Origin: Octopus bimaculoides
Lineage: Eukaryota
DNA: 58,580 bases
Assembly: GCF_001194135.2 (NCBI RefSeq)
Contig: NC_068984.1
Span: 114,481,045-114,539,624, forward strand
Direction of reading: 5' to 3'
Part shown: one piece after another, positions 39,052-52,538 of the stretch
Numbering within the stretch: the stretch's first letter is position 1
Layout: every line of letters begins with the position of its first letter
Made by a program: the position numbers and the translations under genes
Notes under the pieces: generated by a model
Database searches by the model: none
Seen by the model: the letters and a program-made list of their open reading frames with translations, nothing else
What the model was told of the DNA's origin: nothing

Positions 39052-39980
39052 GCGATGGGTAAATTGTCACTATTTTATATTTTTAATTTCACGCATGCGC
39101 AGTGTTTGCTTTTGATTTTGTCAACTCCACAGTATAGTAGGATCAGTTGGGCACTGTCCACAATTCACTGTAAAAAATTTGGAAATGACATACTGTAGTG
39201 CTTGGCATTTGCACCAGAAGCTCCAAGATGAACATTTCAGAGTGTCTGGGTGTCAATCTGAGGACAGTGCAGAAGATTTGGAAAGAGTTGGATGAGTCTA
39301 ATGGTGACCACAAAGGTACAGCAGCTCAGAAAGCTCACTCTGATCATTCTGATATGAACAGAACTCCTGAATTTGTTGGTGAGATCCAGGCCCTGGTTGA
39401 CAATGACCCCTCTAAGTCAATCAGGTCCATAGGAGTGTCTGAGTTTCTTATCAGGCAGGTAGTGGATGACGACATTTGGTATTCCACATACAAGACAAGA
39501 AAGGGCCAGTTTTTATACCAAGCCATGAAGGACAAGAGGAAAGACCATGCTACAAAAGCTTTTGAACAAACTCAAGCATCCCTTCTAACCGAACATGCTT
39601 TAGTTTTTCTCAGACAAGAAAAAATTCTGCTAGGATCAGATGGTGAACTCACAGAGCAACCATTGGCTTGCTGTGTCCCCAAAACATGTACCAAGAGTGA
39701 TAAAAATCAAACATCCAGTCAACATCATGGTATTTGAAGTGATCACTAGCAGTGGCGACATTATGCCTCCATTCATCTTCCCACAGAGTGTTTGGGTGTC
39801 AATCTGAGGACAGTGCAGAGGATTCAGAAAGAGTTGGATGAATGGTGAATACAAAGGTATGGCAGCTCAGAAAACTCACTCTGGTCATTCTGATAAGAAA
39901 AGAATTCTTGAATTTGTTGGTGAGATCCAGGCCATGATTGACAATGATCCCTCCTAGTCAATCAGTTCCATTGCCAGGGA
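39047..39980 (+). mobile_element. Decayed Tc1/mariner-superfamily (maT/DD37D-like) transposon
   Basis: Begins after (TA)n with agggtgcgatggg. ORF 39198-39737 encodes an HTH-like ISECLGVNLRTVQKI...DNDPSKSIRS. A shifted frame reads FFSD(K)KKFC.DQMVNSQSNHW...KHPVNIMVFEVITSSGDIMPPFIFP, the first catalytic D region. Frameshifted, and the right end is not seen. Confidence 0.8.
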
Positions 39981-40712
39981 TCATCATCATCATCATCATC
40001 ATCGTTTAACGTCCGCTTTCCATGCTAGCATGGGTTGGACGATTTGACTGAGGACTGGTGAAACCGGATGGCAACACCAGGCTCCAGTCTGATTTGGCAG
40101 AGTTTCTACAGCTGGATGCCCTTCCTAACGCCAACCACTCAGAGTGTAGTGGGTGCTTTTACGTGTCACCTGCACGAAAACGGCCAAGCTCGAAATGGTG
40201 TCTTTTATGTGCNNNNNNNNNNNNNNNNNNNNNNNNNNNNNNNNNNNNNNNNNNNNNNNNNNNNNNNNNNNNNNNNNNNNNNNNNNNNNNNNNNNNNNNN
40301 NNNNNNNNNNNNNNNNNNNNNNNNNNNNNNNNNNNNNNNNNNNNNNNNNNNNNNNNNNNNNNNNNNNNNNNNNNNNNNNNNNNNNNNNNNNNNNNNNNNN
40401 NNNNNNNNNNNNNNNNNNNNNNNNNNNNNNNNNNNNNNNNNNNNNNNNNNNNNNNNNNNNNNNNNNACCTCTTCCACGGGTTCCCTCAACTGTTAGGGTG
40501 TGGCACTTTTTCACACAGCTATCCTCCTCCATTCTCACCACATGTCCATACCAGCGCAATCGTCTCTCTTGCACGCCACAACTGATGCTTCTAATGTTCA
40601 GCTTTTCTCTCAAGATACTTACACTCTGACGGGTATTCACATTGACATTACACATCCAACGGAGCATACTGGCTTCATTCCTTGCGAGCTTACGTATGTC
40701 CTCAGCAGTTAC
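39981..40712 (-). mobile_element. 5'-truncated RTE-clade LINE: ORF2 C-terminus, N-gap, 3' UTR with (GAT)n tail
   Basis: Minus frame TAEDIRKLARNEASMLRWMCNVNV...LREKLNIRSI...VQERRLRWYGHVVRM...VEGTRGRG. MLRW..G/RLRWYGHV.R is typical of the region after the RT domain in RTE elements. The tail lies across the gap at 40213-40466. Confidence 0.85.
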
Positions 40713-41653
40713 AGATGATTTATAAACACTTTATAAAGTGCAAAATGAGTTAGAATAAAGAAATAAATGTGTCAGCTTTCTAACAAAAACTAAAGATTGT
40801 CAAAATATAATAATGGTGCAAAATGAGCAGCTGTCGAAGTTTACCATATACCTTACTACAAATTTCAAACTTGATGACCTAATATGTGTATATATACATA
40901 TATAAATTGTTGCAGGTGTAGCTTCATATGTGCAGGCATGGTTGGATGGTAAAAAGCTTGCTTTGCAACCACATGGTTCCAGGTTCAGAGCCACTGCATG
41001 GCACCTTGGGCAAATGCCTTCTGCTATAACCTCAAGCCAACCAAAGCGCTGTGAGTGGATTTTGTAGACAGAAAAGAGACTAGGCTTGAAAATTAAAATA
41101 AGTACTAGGGTCATTTAGTTCAACTAAAATTCCTCAAGGTGGTGCCCCAGTATGGCTTCATTCTAATGACTGAAACAAGTAAGAGATAAAAGGCAATAAC
41201 AGAAGACACTTGTTCAAGGTGCCACACAGTGAGATTGAATCTGAAATCATGTGGTTGGGAAGCAAACTTCTTACCATAGTCACACCTGAGCCTATGAAAC
41301 AAAATTATAAGGAATAAGCAAGTTCCTAACAGATGACTGAAGGCAAGTATTGAGTCTGGTTTCAAAACTATGACCTTGTAAGAAAATTTAAAACTAAAAC
41401 TTGTGTTAGCAAAGAAAATAAAAAATGAAAGAGCATCTCCATGCTGTTTTCTTTTTTTTTCTTTTTTCTTTATGAACTTGCATCTAGTTCTTTAGCATAG
41501 TCTACCCTGAAACAGCTCCCTAATATATAAACTTTTGGGGCCCCTAAACTACCAGTCTTACTTCAGTCTTATTCTAACATATTTCATCATCATCCATATT
41601 TGTTTTCACTGGGACAAATTCGCCATGTAGTTGTCAAGATATGGTCCTCCCAA

Positions 41654-41723
<70 letters not shown>

Positions 41724-43716
41724 CTATTATGCCATCCAAATTTAACACTGCCATCTGGTATTCAAGTACACTTGGTGAAGTCCACTCTGTTGCAAACACA
41801 CGGATCATACCGCAATGTCCTCACTGAACTACATTTTCCCAGTAGATATTCCAACTGGTCATAAATCCTATCAGATCCAACAGTCTGCAAATATTATAGG
41901 CATTGCTTTTCCTGTAGCAACCAAGCTTATGTAACAAATATTGACCTTAGTAAAACTGATAAAATGAAGTTCAACCTAATCCAGTGTACACAACAGGCAG
42001 GATAATAAATCTAAATCTTTTAATCTCTCACCTTTTCCTGAACTGCTATGTTACATGGACATAAACAAACCAACACTGGTTGTCAAGTGTCGGTGAGGAC
42101 AAATACACATGCATGTGTATGCAGTTTAACTTGCAGGGCATGTCATCTTGGTGCTTTAATAGAAGACACTTGCCCAGGGTGCTGTACATTGGGACTGAAC
42201 CCAAAACTATGTAGTTGTGAAGTGGGCTTTTTGATTACACAGCCATGGCTGCACCTATAAATAATAAATCTTGAAAATTTTGCAGGAAATTATATAAAGA
42301 CAGTCGAGAGCATAGGAATTGATTTCTTTTTAGCATTGTTCTGAAACAATTTAGCAGTTATTATTAACCCTTAAGGAGAGAACATGCACACCTAACAACA
42401 AAATAATTTCAATCAAGTTGGATCTCATTCAATTTCAGTCTGCCCACAACCATGACAAATGCTCTCTAATTTGTAAAATGATACTTAGTGCATGTGTGTG
42501 TGCGTGGAGAGGTGGGTAGCACTGGTCATAGATCTATCTGTTACTAGCTGAAATCAAATATTACTAACTTCCATAATGTTTGAGTTAAGTCAACACTGAC
42601 ATACATCAAATCAATAAATTAATTAAAAGAGAGAAAGGGAGAGAGTGAGGGGGGGGGGGCATTGCTATCTGTGGTGTCAGTATTTCTTTCTTGTGATTTC
42701 CCATGACGTAGGTACCTGTTATGTGAGCCTAAATATCTGAATCTACAAGCTGAACAAATATGAATAAATAAAGAGAGTGGCCATCAAAAAGTATTGGCTG
42801 AGTGATGTGTGAAGGAGATGACTACATTAGTATTGAACATGTGATATGAATGGATAATGCATGTTGAATAAAAATGTTGATAGTTGAGTGTATCGGCGAT
42901 GTATGTAAACCAAAGATAACTTGAGAAAAGGCAATTAACCTAGAGCTGAGAATGCTTGGTATCCCAGATGAAATGATACAGCATCGAAACACATGCGGGG
43001 ATAATGAGTTTAAAACATTTTAAAGTCTGGTAGTTCAAGGAAACAAAGTTTAAAATAATAATAATTTTTCACATCAAAACACGATAATAAATGTTGATGA
43101 TTGCAATGGTGATGGTGGGAAGTTATAGCAGATGAATCAAATCCAGTATTCAATTAGTATTTTACTTTATCATCTTTTAGAAGGATAACAAAACAAAGTA
43201 GGCCTTGGTGGGAATTGAACACAGTGTAAAAGGCGCTGATGCTCTGATTCTGCTATCTAACCATCCTTCGGAATTGTGGTCAGCAATGGTGATGTCAATA
43301 TACACTCAGATCCATGCATACATGGTCAGCAACTAAACCGTCACATCCCAAGCACCAATCCACCCACNNNNNNNNNNCTGGACACTTGGCTCGATTAACA
43401 CGATCATTTCTATATTCCTGATCAAACACAAAGCCTTTGTTTGAATTAATATTGAAAATAATGATCAATTGTTCCTCAATACTACTCTCCCCACCTCAGT
43501 TGAGGCTCCCATCTTCAAGTTACCTGGTGACCTCACTGCTGCTGGTGCCATGTAGAATGGCTCCCAGTGCACTCTGTAAAAGTGGTTAGCATTAACTATA
43601 AAGGACATCCAGCTACAGAGACCATGTCAAAGCAGACAGCAGGGCTTGGGTGATGTCTTCTGACTTACCAGTTTCTGTCAACTGTCCAAACCCATGCCAA
43701 TATAGAAAATGGACAT

Positions 43717-43747
<31 letters not shown>

Positions 43748-46700
43748 AGTAAAATAACCTTGCCATCATTAAACCGTTTGGAACACAACATGAAATTTTG
43801 TAATGGGAAACTTTTATTTAGATCACTTTAAAACAGGAAGTTTGTATTATAAGACCAAGAGTAGTGGTCTTGAGTACATTGGTAATGAAAGGGTTAAAAA
43901 TAACATCTGTCAAATGTAGGAAAGAAAGGCTTCCACCAGATAATCCAACATCTAAAACACACATTGTTGTGCACCGACAGCCTCTTTGAACTGCAGGTTT
44001 TGGATGAATGAAGTATTATTATAGAGTTACAGATTTTCGTTTAGGCCTGTTAACCATTTTAGTATCAACTTGTTTCCATTGACTTGAATTTCAAATTAAT
44101 TTGATCGTGCTCTTTGAAGAAAGGCAATTAAAAAGGGAAGAAAAAAAACTGCTTTCCATATTTAAACAGTAATAATCATCACATATCATTGCTGTGTAAC
44201 TGAGCAGCTTGCTTGCTTCCCAACCATGTGTGTGTGTGGTCCCCAACCACCACCACCACTTGACAACAAGTGTTGTAGTATTTACATCCCTGTAACTTAG
44301 TGATTTGGCAAGAGAAATAAATAGAATAAGTTCCAGGCTTTAAAAGGAAAAAGTACTGAGGTTGATTTATTTCACTAAGACTTCTTCAAGGCAGTGCCCC
44401 AGCATGGCAGATAGAAGATAATTATTTTTCATTCTTTACCTTTCACTTGTTTCAGTCTGGTATTTATTCTATCAAACCCTTTTGCTGAACTGCAGAGTTA
44501 AAGGGGATGTAAAGAAATCAACACTAGTTGTTAAGTGCTGGTGATCGGGCACACACACACACGCGCACGCACACACTTCCACATAGTTTCTGTCTGCCAA
44601 ATTAATTCGCAAAGCATTGATTAGCCTAGGGTTATAGTAGAAAACACATGGCCATGGTACCATGCAGTGGAACTGAACCTGAAATCACATGATTGCGAAG
44701 CGAGTTTCTTAACCACAAAGCCATGCCTTGGAAACAAACATCCAAAAAAAGAAAATGAAGGAAAGTAAATAATTCTGTATTGATTACTTTTATAAGTGGA
44801 TGATTATTCCAGCTGTTGTTTATAGGTACCTATGATTCGGTGCTATAGTATATGAGTTTCTTTTGCTGTCCAGAAAGGCTTAATAGATGCTATTGTTAGA
44901 CTGTATATATCTACTCAAAAATAGGGATACTTGTTGATCCTTTTGATACCAACTAGCCCAAGAATTGCTCTTGGTTCTAGGATACAAATTCCCTGTTTTA
45001 AAAGCAGATTTAAATTTCTCACACCAGTTAAACCCTTTGCATGAGAAAAGTGGATATATCTGCTTAAAATGTTACTTCTGTTAGCTGTGGTAAGTGGTTT
45101 TACCCCCATGGCTTTGAAAAAAAAAAACCCCTTTTCTTATGCTGCAAGAAGTGTTGACAACCCCAGTGAGATTTTATACAAAAGACTATTTTACAGATTC
45201 TCTTACTTTTTTTTCATGTGACCGACCAGGCGATAAAATATTGTTATGCATCACTGGTCACAATACATTTTGCATTGTTTTTAGCCTTGAAATGACATCA
45301 CCCCGCTGGCTAGGTGAGCAGGCTAACATTCCCCAGTGAACGAGGGGGGGGGGGAGCTAGAGCAACATGAATTGAAGTGTTTTGCTCAAGACCACAACAT
45401 GCCACCCAATCAGGGAATCGAACCCATGATCCAGCAATCATGAGTGCAAGAGCCTAACCACTAGGCCACATGCCTTAACTTTTTTCATACAGTTCATCCT
45501 AATACTTCTTTACAGAGCAGGAGTCAAATACTATTAATGGTGGATACCTTGCAGAAGCAGAAAATGGGAATTCTTTTTTTTTTTTTTTTGTGGATAATTA
45601 ACATTATTACAGGAGTGACCCTGAAATTTAATGATACAGTGAACTGGTTAATAATAACTAAGTTATTTTCCTAAATTCTTCATTATATTCAAAATTAATT
45701 TAAACAAAAGCAGTGTGTTTCAACAGAAACATGTTAACAAAAATGGTTAAAATATTCTTGCTTTTCTTGAAGTTTATGAAAATATTAATTTCAATCATAG
45801 AAAATTATTAGACCCCAGTGTGTAAAAACACATAAAATGAAAAGATTGATGCTATCTGCTTCCAAGGGTCTTAGTGGAATTGTCAGTACTATTAGATTAA
45901 AACTTTTTACAATGCAAACAATACGAAAAAATATATCTAATTCAAAATCATCATCATAACCATTATCAACACTACGATTATGAAATATTCTTTTGCTGGT
46001 TCTAGTCACTGAGCTCTCGCCATTTTCTATATTGATTTATAAAGCTTTTCTTCACTTGTATTTACTCTTTATTGATACTTCAGTCTAAATATATTCGGTC
46101 AAAAGATCTAGATCACACGATGACGTACGTTCCTTCTTAATATGTTCTGGCAAATTTTAACATGGATATGTTAATTGCTGTTTTTTTGTATTTTGCCTTC
46201 AGAGAACACCTTTCAGATGGTGTGTGTTGACAACACTATTTTCTGATGTAAGGGGACTTTGAGACACCAGTGTCTCAACCTGGCTGTGTGTCTTCAGTCA
46301 AAGTTCACCCTAAATCAATAAATCCAAACAAGATTAATACATTCACATTCAAATCTGCCAGAATGCATTAAGAATGAATATGTACATCATCGTTTTGATT
46401 CCTGCTGTTTTATACGCACATGATCTAAATAATAGTTTTTGTACTGTATAATAACTTGAGCTAGGAAGATTATAATTACTTATTCTTGCTAGTATCTTTG
46501 TTCTTCTTTTTTCAAAGGGTAACCATTGTGATAAGTTGTACTTATTCAGTTAACCCATCAAGAAATTTTTTTAAATAACATCAATATTATAAAAGGTTAA
46601 TGAGATAATAAGGATCACTGACATGAATGAATAAATTATAAACATAGCATAAATTGTAAACCTATCGATTTGAACTCAGAACCTTAATAAGGAAACTAAG

Positions 46701-48599
46701 TACTTCTTCACTACATTTAGTTTAGTTTATTGTTTCAGGCAACTATCTCATTCCTTCTCTCCCCATTCTTGCTCAATAGATTAGGATGGAAGAAGAGGCT
46801 TTACTCGTAGTCTTTATGGACTGAGCTATTGAGATCAATATAAATAATATTCTTGAATAATTACAAGTTGACAGCGTCAGGGAAAATATATTTAAGGAAA
46901 GAATCCTACAGGGACAGCATTCTGGAGAGGAAAAACTGGATAGTTAATGGTTAATGTGGTGGTGTGGTGGTCATGGCCGTCATCATAGTGGTAGTGGGTC
47001 ATATATCACTAATGAGACTGGGAACTGACAAGGCACAAAAGTAGACAACTGCAAGGAACAAAGGCCAATTTAGTAGTAGCAGAAAAGGTAGAAAAAGGAG
47101 ACAGCACATCTGTGGTCCACAGATTAGACTGCATTACAGAGCAACTTCATACTAAGTAGTGGTAAATGGGGGTCTTTTTTTTGGGATGTAGTCAAGGATT
47201 TCTTTTTGTATAGAAGAGGCAACATCTCATATGTGTGTGGGGGGGGGGAAGTACAGTGCATGTAACTTTGCTTAGATGGTTGTAAATGAGTAACCCTGTT
47301 AGACAAGCAAGGTCTGTTCATTTCCAGTTTTCTATGAAAAATATATCCTAATATATATATATCGACTAAAAGCGGTGCTCCAGCATGGCCGTAGTTAAAT
47401 GACTGAAAAAGTAAAGAGAGAGAGTAACTATGGGAAAATATTACAGAGTTTAGGAGTTTTGGTTGAACTATTATCTGGACTTGAAGATGAGGCCCAGTCT
47501 TTATGATAGTTTCTTTTTTTGTTATGTTCAGGGTGTGGAATCTCCAGAAGAGAACCTTGGTGATGGTGAGACCTAGCATTTAGAGCTTCTGGTAATTACT
47601 AGAGCTTAGTTTTCACAAATACCTCTGTAAAAAATTCAGTAGATATACCCCAAATTTTAGTTTCATAATCGACAATCTTGATAGTTATTTGTACTGTAGA
47701 AGAAGAAAAAAAAGTAAGAGCTTACTCATAGGAAGTTGCAGCAAATTGTAATTCATTATCAACAATTTCATTGAATTTAATTAGGTGCAAGAAGAGACAG
47801 TAGATTGAAATTTCCAAAAATTTCAAAAATAGGGTATAAATTTTTAATAATGATTACATGAAACACAATAGCCATCTATGTATTATACCTAATATAAATA
47901 CACCATTGACAGGTAAGGTGCTATGAATTTTGTCTGAGAGAAAATCTATTTACAGACATGCTCTGTTGAAAACATTATATTAGAGCAAGATGAACATCAC
48001 CCAAACAGTGACCTACAAGAATGCCAGACCTGTTTACTTGAGCCTTGTCAATAATGTGTCCTCACTAGTCACATGTCTAGACACAATCTGTCCCCTCCGA
48101 TATATCGGGAACAGTGAATAACACACTGATATTGCAGAAAGCTGCTGAGCTGAATAAAAAAAAAAAACTCACTGTGTACAATATTTATATGTTTAAAACA
48201 CATTTTTTTACATAATAATTATTTAATTATAATTATTCAATTCATGTCTCTAGGTTAACTGCTGACAGTGTAACAAAAATTATAGAATCATTATGTTAAT
48301 GAGGCGGCACATCACATTTTGTCGCAAAATTTTTTTTAAGGAAACTTTTGGTTAATTGCTTAACCAAATGAACATAATTAAATTTTCATCATAATCACAA
48401 AGTGTTTCTTTTTCAAATCAATCAACTTAATTTGCACAATAATCACCACTAACCATGCTTGAGTAATAAAAATCAAAATAAAACATTATGGCTTTGTGCA
48501 TCTGCCTCTTGTTCCGAGACTGCTGCCAAATTGTTTAGTTAGACATTAGAAAATAAATATAATTTTCAGGTTTCCTTTTAAATCAATGAGATGATGATG

Positions 48600-48632
<33 letters not shown>

Positions 48633-49358
48633 TATATTTAAACCGTGAAAGAAAGAGGAAGTTGACATAGAAATAAAAAAAAAAGCAAATACAATTAAAA
48701 GCCAAACTAAGAAATATGTAATGGTTCAAGGTTGAGGATTACAAACAGGTTCCTGAACACTTGAACACTCATGAAGATTCTCAAGAGAGTATACAAGTTT
48801 GTCAAGACAGTTGACATGACAAATTAACAATGAAGTTTTTTATATGTTGGTGTACCCAGCAGTTATAAAAACAGTTGAAAGTTTTGAACAAATTATATTT
48901 TATGTTAACACATTGTACATTTTGATATAAACCCTTTTGATACCAACCCACTTACGACTGCCGTGGGTTCTATGATATAAACATCATGTTTAACCTTTTG
49001 CCTGTCCAAAGCATTTTCCTAAGTTTATCGTAAATGCCCATGCTTGTTTTCAGACTATTAGTTAGCCCTTGTTTCACATGTTCTGCATAATAGAAAGCTT
49101 TCCTTCTCCTAAGTCCCAAGTTACTGTGGGGGTTGAAAAAAGATTGGGAATGTATAACACATGATGCAAGGACACCAGAGAAATACATCCTGTGTATCAC
49201 ATGTACCACACAGGACAGGAAATGGGTTAAAGCAATCTAAATTAAAACCTTCCCTCAAACTTTCATGCTAATTTATGTTCCAGACATCAGCTTAACAATG
49301 ACAAAATCCTGTTAAATTCTTTATTATCTTCAAAATTAATTGTAACAAAAGCAGTGTA

Positions 49359-50156
49359 CACTGAACTGCAAAAGAAATGTGAGACGTGTGTGACTGTGAA
49401 ATATGTTTCAATTTCATTAAGCCAGAGATAAATTTTGATAGCTCTGATAAAGTCAATTTCTTGGATGCACTTTGACTACAGTCAATAAGTCATTGTCATG
49501 TTTTCTGGTAGTGGGCAGATCCAGCACATTGAGATTGTAGAGCGTGACATGTTCAATACTGTGTATGCCTTCCTTGGGTGTTCAAAACGTCCATACACCA
49601 TTGGTACATGGAGTGCACGAAGCAGTTCACAAAAGCCATAGGCACCTGTGCCCACATCCTGAGGAAAGCTGCCTCCAGTTTCATACGAGTTGTCAGCCTT
49701 GGGACCACCTGGCTCAGCTATCTCTGGATTTCATCCCACAGGTGTTCAATTGGGTTCAAATCCAGGTTGAGAGCCAGCCAAGGCATGGTTCTCATGTTGT
49801 GCTGATGCAGGAAGTCCATGGTGACCCTGGCCATGTGGGAGGGAACATTGTCCTGCTGGAACATGTGGCTATGTTGACGTGTGAAGAAGGGGACGATGTT
49901 GATTTTTATACCCATAACCTCCAAGAGATGCATTTTGGTTTTCATAACTGTTTGCGACTGCCACCCACAGCATTCAACGCAGCTGCGTTTTGGCATCTTA
50001 TTTCAGGTAAAGTTGAAAGGTTACCTGCAATTTGGGTCTCAGCCAAAAACCAACATGTCTTGGAATATTTATACTTACATCCACAAAACAAATTTTCAGA
50101 ATTTACCATACAAAAATGACATTTGAAAAAAATCGTGTTTCTTTCACGGTTCAGTG
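49359..50156 (-). mobile_element. Internally deleted Tc1-like (DD34E-type) transposon with TIRs and TA target duplication
   Basis: TA|CACTGAACTGCAAAAGAAA ... TTTCTTTCACGGTTCAGTG|TA. Minus ORF 49718-49996 contains FQQDNVPSH...PWLALNLDLNPIEHLWDEI, a decayed QQDNA..H / WP..SPDLNPIE.LW. Confidence 0.9.
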
Positions 50157-51070
50157 TATTTCAATGGAAATGGGGTAACAAAATGGATAAAATGCCACTC
50201 CACTAAATTTGACTGGTAACACACAAACTCAGTTTACACACACACACAAATGACAAGCATATTTTTGCTCACAAGGTCACTGGGGTAAAATCATGACATT
50301 CCTGTCAACTAAAATCTATATAATTCGGTTGAATTTTTTTCCTTAAAAAACTAATATTCATTCATTTGAATGTTTTATTTTCCACTCCCCTTCCATTGTG
50401 TTTATCAGCTCCAATTAAAAAAAAAAAGATATAGCCTTACTGTCATTTTTGTTTTCAACTCACAAAATATTTACCTCTATAATCTGCTTGGGTTAATTTT
50501 GCTATTCACTCTCTTCATTGGTCAACATACCTAGCATTAGGATTATACAATTAAACCAGGCCTGTAAGATTCAATAAATATTGTGTACATGATAGCAAAT
50601 CTCTCAGAAGCCTGGAGAAGAGCATGTGTGTGTGTGCGTGTGCGTACATATCATCATCAGCATTTAACATCTGCTCTCATGTTGGCATGGGTTGGACAGT
50701 TTGACAAATGCTGGTGAGCCTGAGGTGCACGAAGCTCTGCTGTCTGCTTCGGCAAGGTTTTCATAGCTGGATACTCTTCCTAATGCCAACCACTTTACAG
50801 AGTGTAATGAGAGCTTTTTATGTGGTGCCAGTACTACTAAAGGTTACCAAGTAACTTGCAAAACAAAGAACCACCTCACCTGAGGCAGTGGTGGGGTAGT
50901 GTTGAGAGAGGTGGCTTTGTGCCAGATGATGAGAGGTTAAACTAAGATAGAGAGACAGAAACACATGCCTTACTGGGCAGGGAGAGCACAAAATGAAAGT
51001 GGAGATATAGGGGAAGGGAAGAAGAATGCATTGAATGGTGAACACAAATGTGTGTGTGTGTGTGTGTGTG

Positions 51071-51229
51071 ATCATCATCATCATCATCGTTTAACGTCCG
51101 CTTTCCATGCTAGCATGGGTTGGACGATTTGACTGAGGACTGGTGAACTGGATGGCTACACCAGGCTCCAATCTGATTTGGCAGAGTTTCTACAGTTGGA
51201 TGCCCTTCCTAATGCCAACCACTCCAAGA

Positions 51230-51231
<2 letters not shown>
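51071..51231 (-). mobile_element. RTE-tail repeat, short young copy abutting (TA)n
   Basis: (ATC)n-gtttaacgtccgctttccatgctagcatggg... through gccaaccactcc. Confidence 0.8.
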
Positions 51232-51271
<40 letters not shown>

Positions 51272-51614
51272 CATAAAATAATGGTTAGTTTGTAAAATGT
51301 CAAGAAACCTTGTTCTACACATGTCCATGTGTGGGTAAAATATGCTCCAGTAGTCTATGTGTTTGAGGAGAGAGAGTTTGTGTATGAGCGTATCACTTAT
51401 CATGCAATGTGTGAATGTTGTAAAGCTAGAAGAGAGAAAGTAATTTTTAGTGTAAGTGATGTTATGCATATGGTGGTGTTTTGCAGAGGAGACAAGTTCG
51501 TAAATATGTACACACTGGAAGATGTGTGTTGTTGTTATTGTAGCCTATAATTTCAAAGAGTTAATATCTGACCATATCCTTATTTCATACCTTTTATTTT
51601 TTAAAAATGGTAAG

Positions 51615-51990
51615 CTTGTGGCTGTATGGTATAAAACTTGATTTTCAATCACATGGTTCAGGGTTCAGTCCCGCTGCATGGCACCTTGGGCAAATGTCTT
51701 CTACTAAAGCCTTGCATGTGGATTTGGTAGATGAAATGAAAAGAATCCCATCAAATATGTATGTGTGTGTGTGTGTGTGTGTGTGATTCCCCCCACCACC
51801 ACCACCACTTGATAACTGGTACTGGTCTGTTTACATACCCCATAATCTAGCAGTTCAGCAAAATTGACTGATAAAATAAATACCAGCCTTTAAAAAAATA
51901 AGTACTGCCATCAATACATTCAACTAAAAATTCAAGGTGGTGCCCTAGCATGGCCACAGTCTAATGAGTGAAACAAGTAAAAAGATAAAA
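51615..51990 (+). mobile_element. SINE family 1, diverged copy (others near 3290-3460, 5520-5820, 6045-6410, 13280-13620, 14760-15010, 17180-17405, 22830-23090, 40920-41280, 42030-42250, 44200-44730, 52540-52690)
   Basis: ccacatggttcagggttcagtcccgctgcatggcaccttgggcaaatgtcttctacta...; shared tail ggtgccctagcatggccacagt. Confidence 0.7.
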
Positions 51991-52307
51991 GCTATTAAAC
52001 TATCTAGTAGTATACATAAGCATGAGATTCCATGAGCTCATGCAATTCTGCTGTTAGTAATTAATCGCCATAATTTTAACGTCCACTTTTCCATGCTTAG
52101 ATGGGTTGAATGGTATTTACTGAAGAAGACTTGTTTATGGCCAGATGCCCTTCCTGACTCCAACTCTCACTTCTTTCCAAGCAAGGTAATATTTCTGCAT
52201 AACTAGACATGCTTCACAGAACATTGGAAGTGAATGACACCATCAGTATGACAGTGAGACTCACATGATGCAAAGAGACATAAACATGATGGGGCTTCTT
52301 TCAGTTT

Positions 52308-52538
52308 ATTTATTTATTTATTGCCCACAAGGGGCTAAACACAGAGGGGACAAACAAGGACAGACAAATGGGTTAAGTCGATTACATTGACCCCAGTGCT
52401 TAACTGGTACTTAATTTATCGACCCCGAAAGGATGAAAGGCAAAGTTGACCTCGGCGGAATTTGAACTCAGAACGTAACGGCAGGCGAAATACCGCTAAG
52501 CATTTCACCCAGCGTGCTAACATTTCTGCCAGTGCGCC
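52308..52538 (-). mobile_element. tRNA-derived SINE family 2, young copy with 16-bp target-site duplication, nested in a family 1 SINE
   Basis: gggcttctttcagttt occurs at 52292-52307 and 52539-52554; (ATAA)n tail; body aactggtacttaatttatcgaccccgaaaggatgaaaggcaaagttgacctcggcggaatttgaactcagaac. Decayed copies near 940-1030, 1610-1820, 7490-8130, 11230-11340, 24690-24880, 31530-31605, 43120-43270 and 53895-54070. Confidence 0.88.

Noticed and set aside
45780-46420. AT-rich block with an acidic stretch (VDNGYDDDFELD) next to a TTAA-MITE fragment
   Set aside because: It might be a piggyBac-type relic, but no catalytic motif was recognisable; insufficient support.
49544-50126. 191-aa and overlapping plus-strand ORFs
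   Set aside because: Antisense shadow of the decayed Tc1 transposase.
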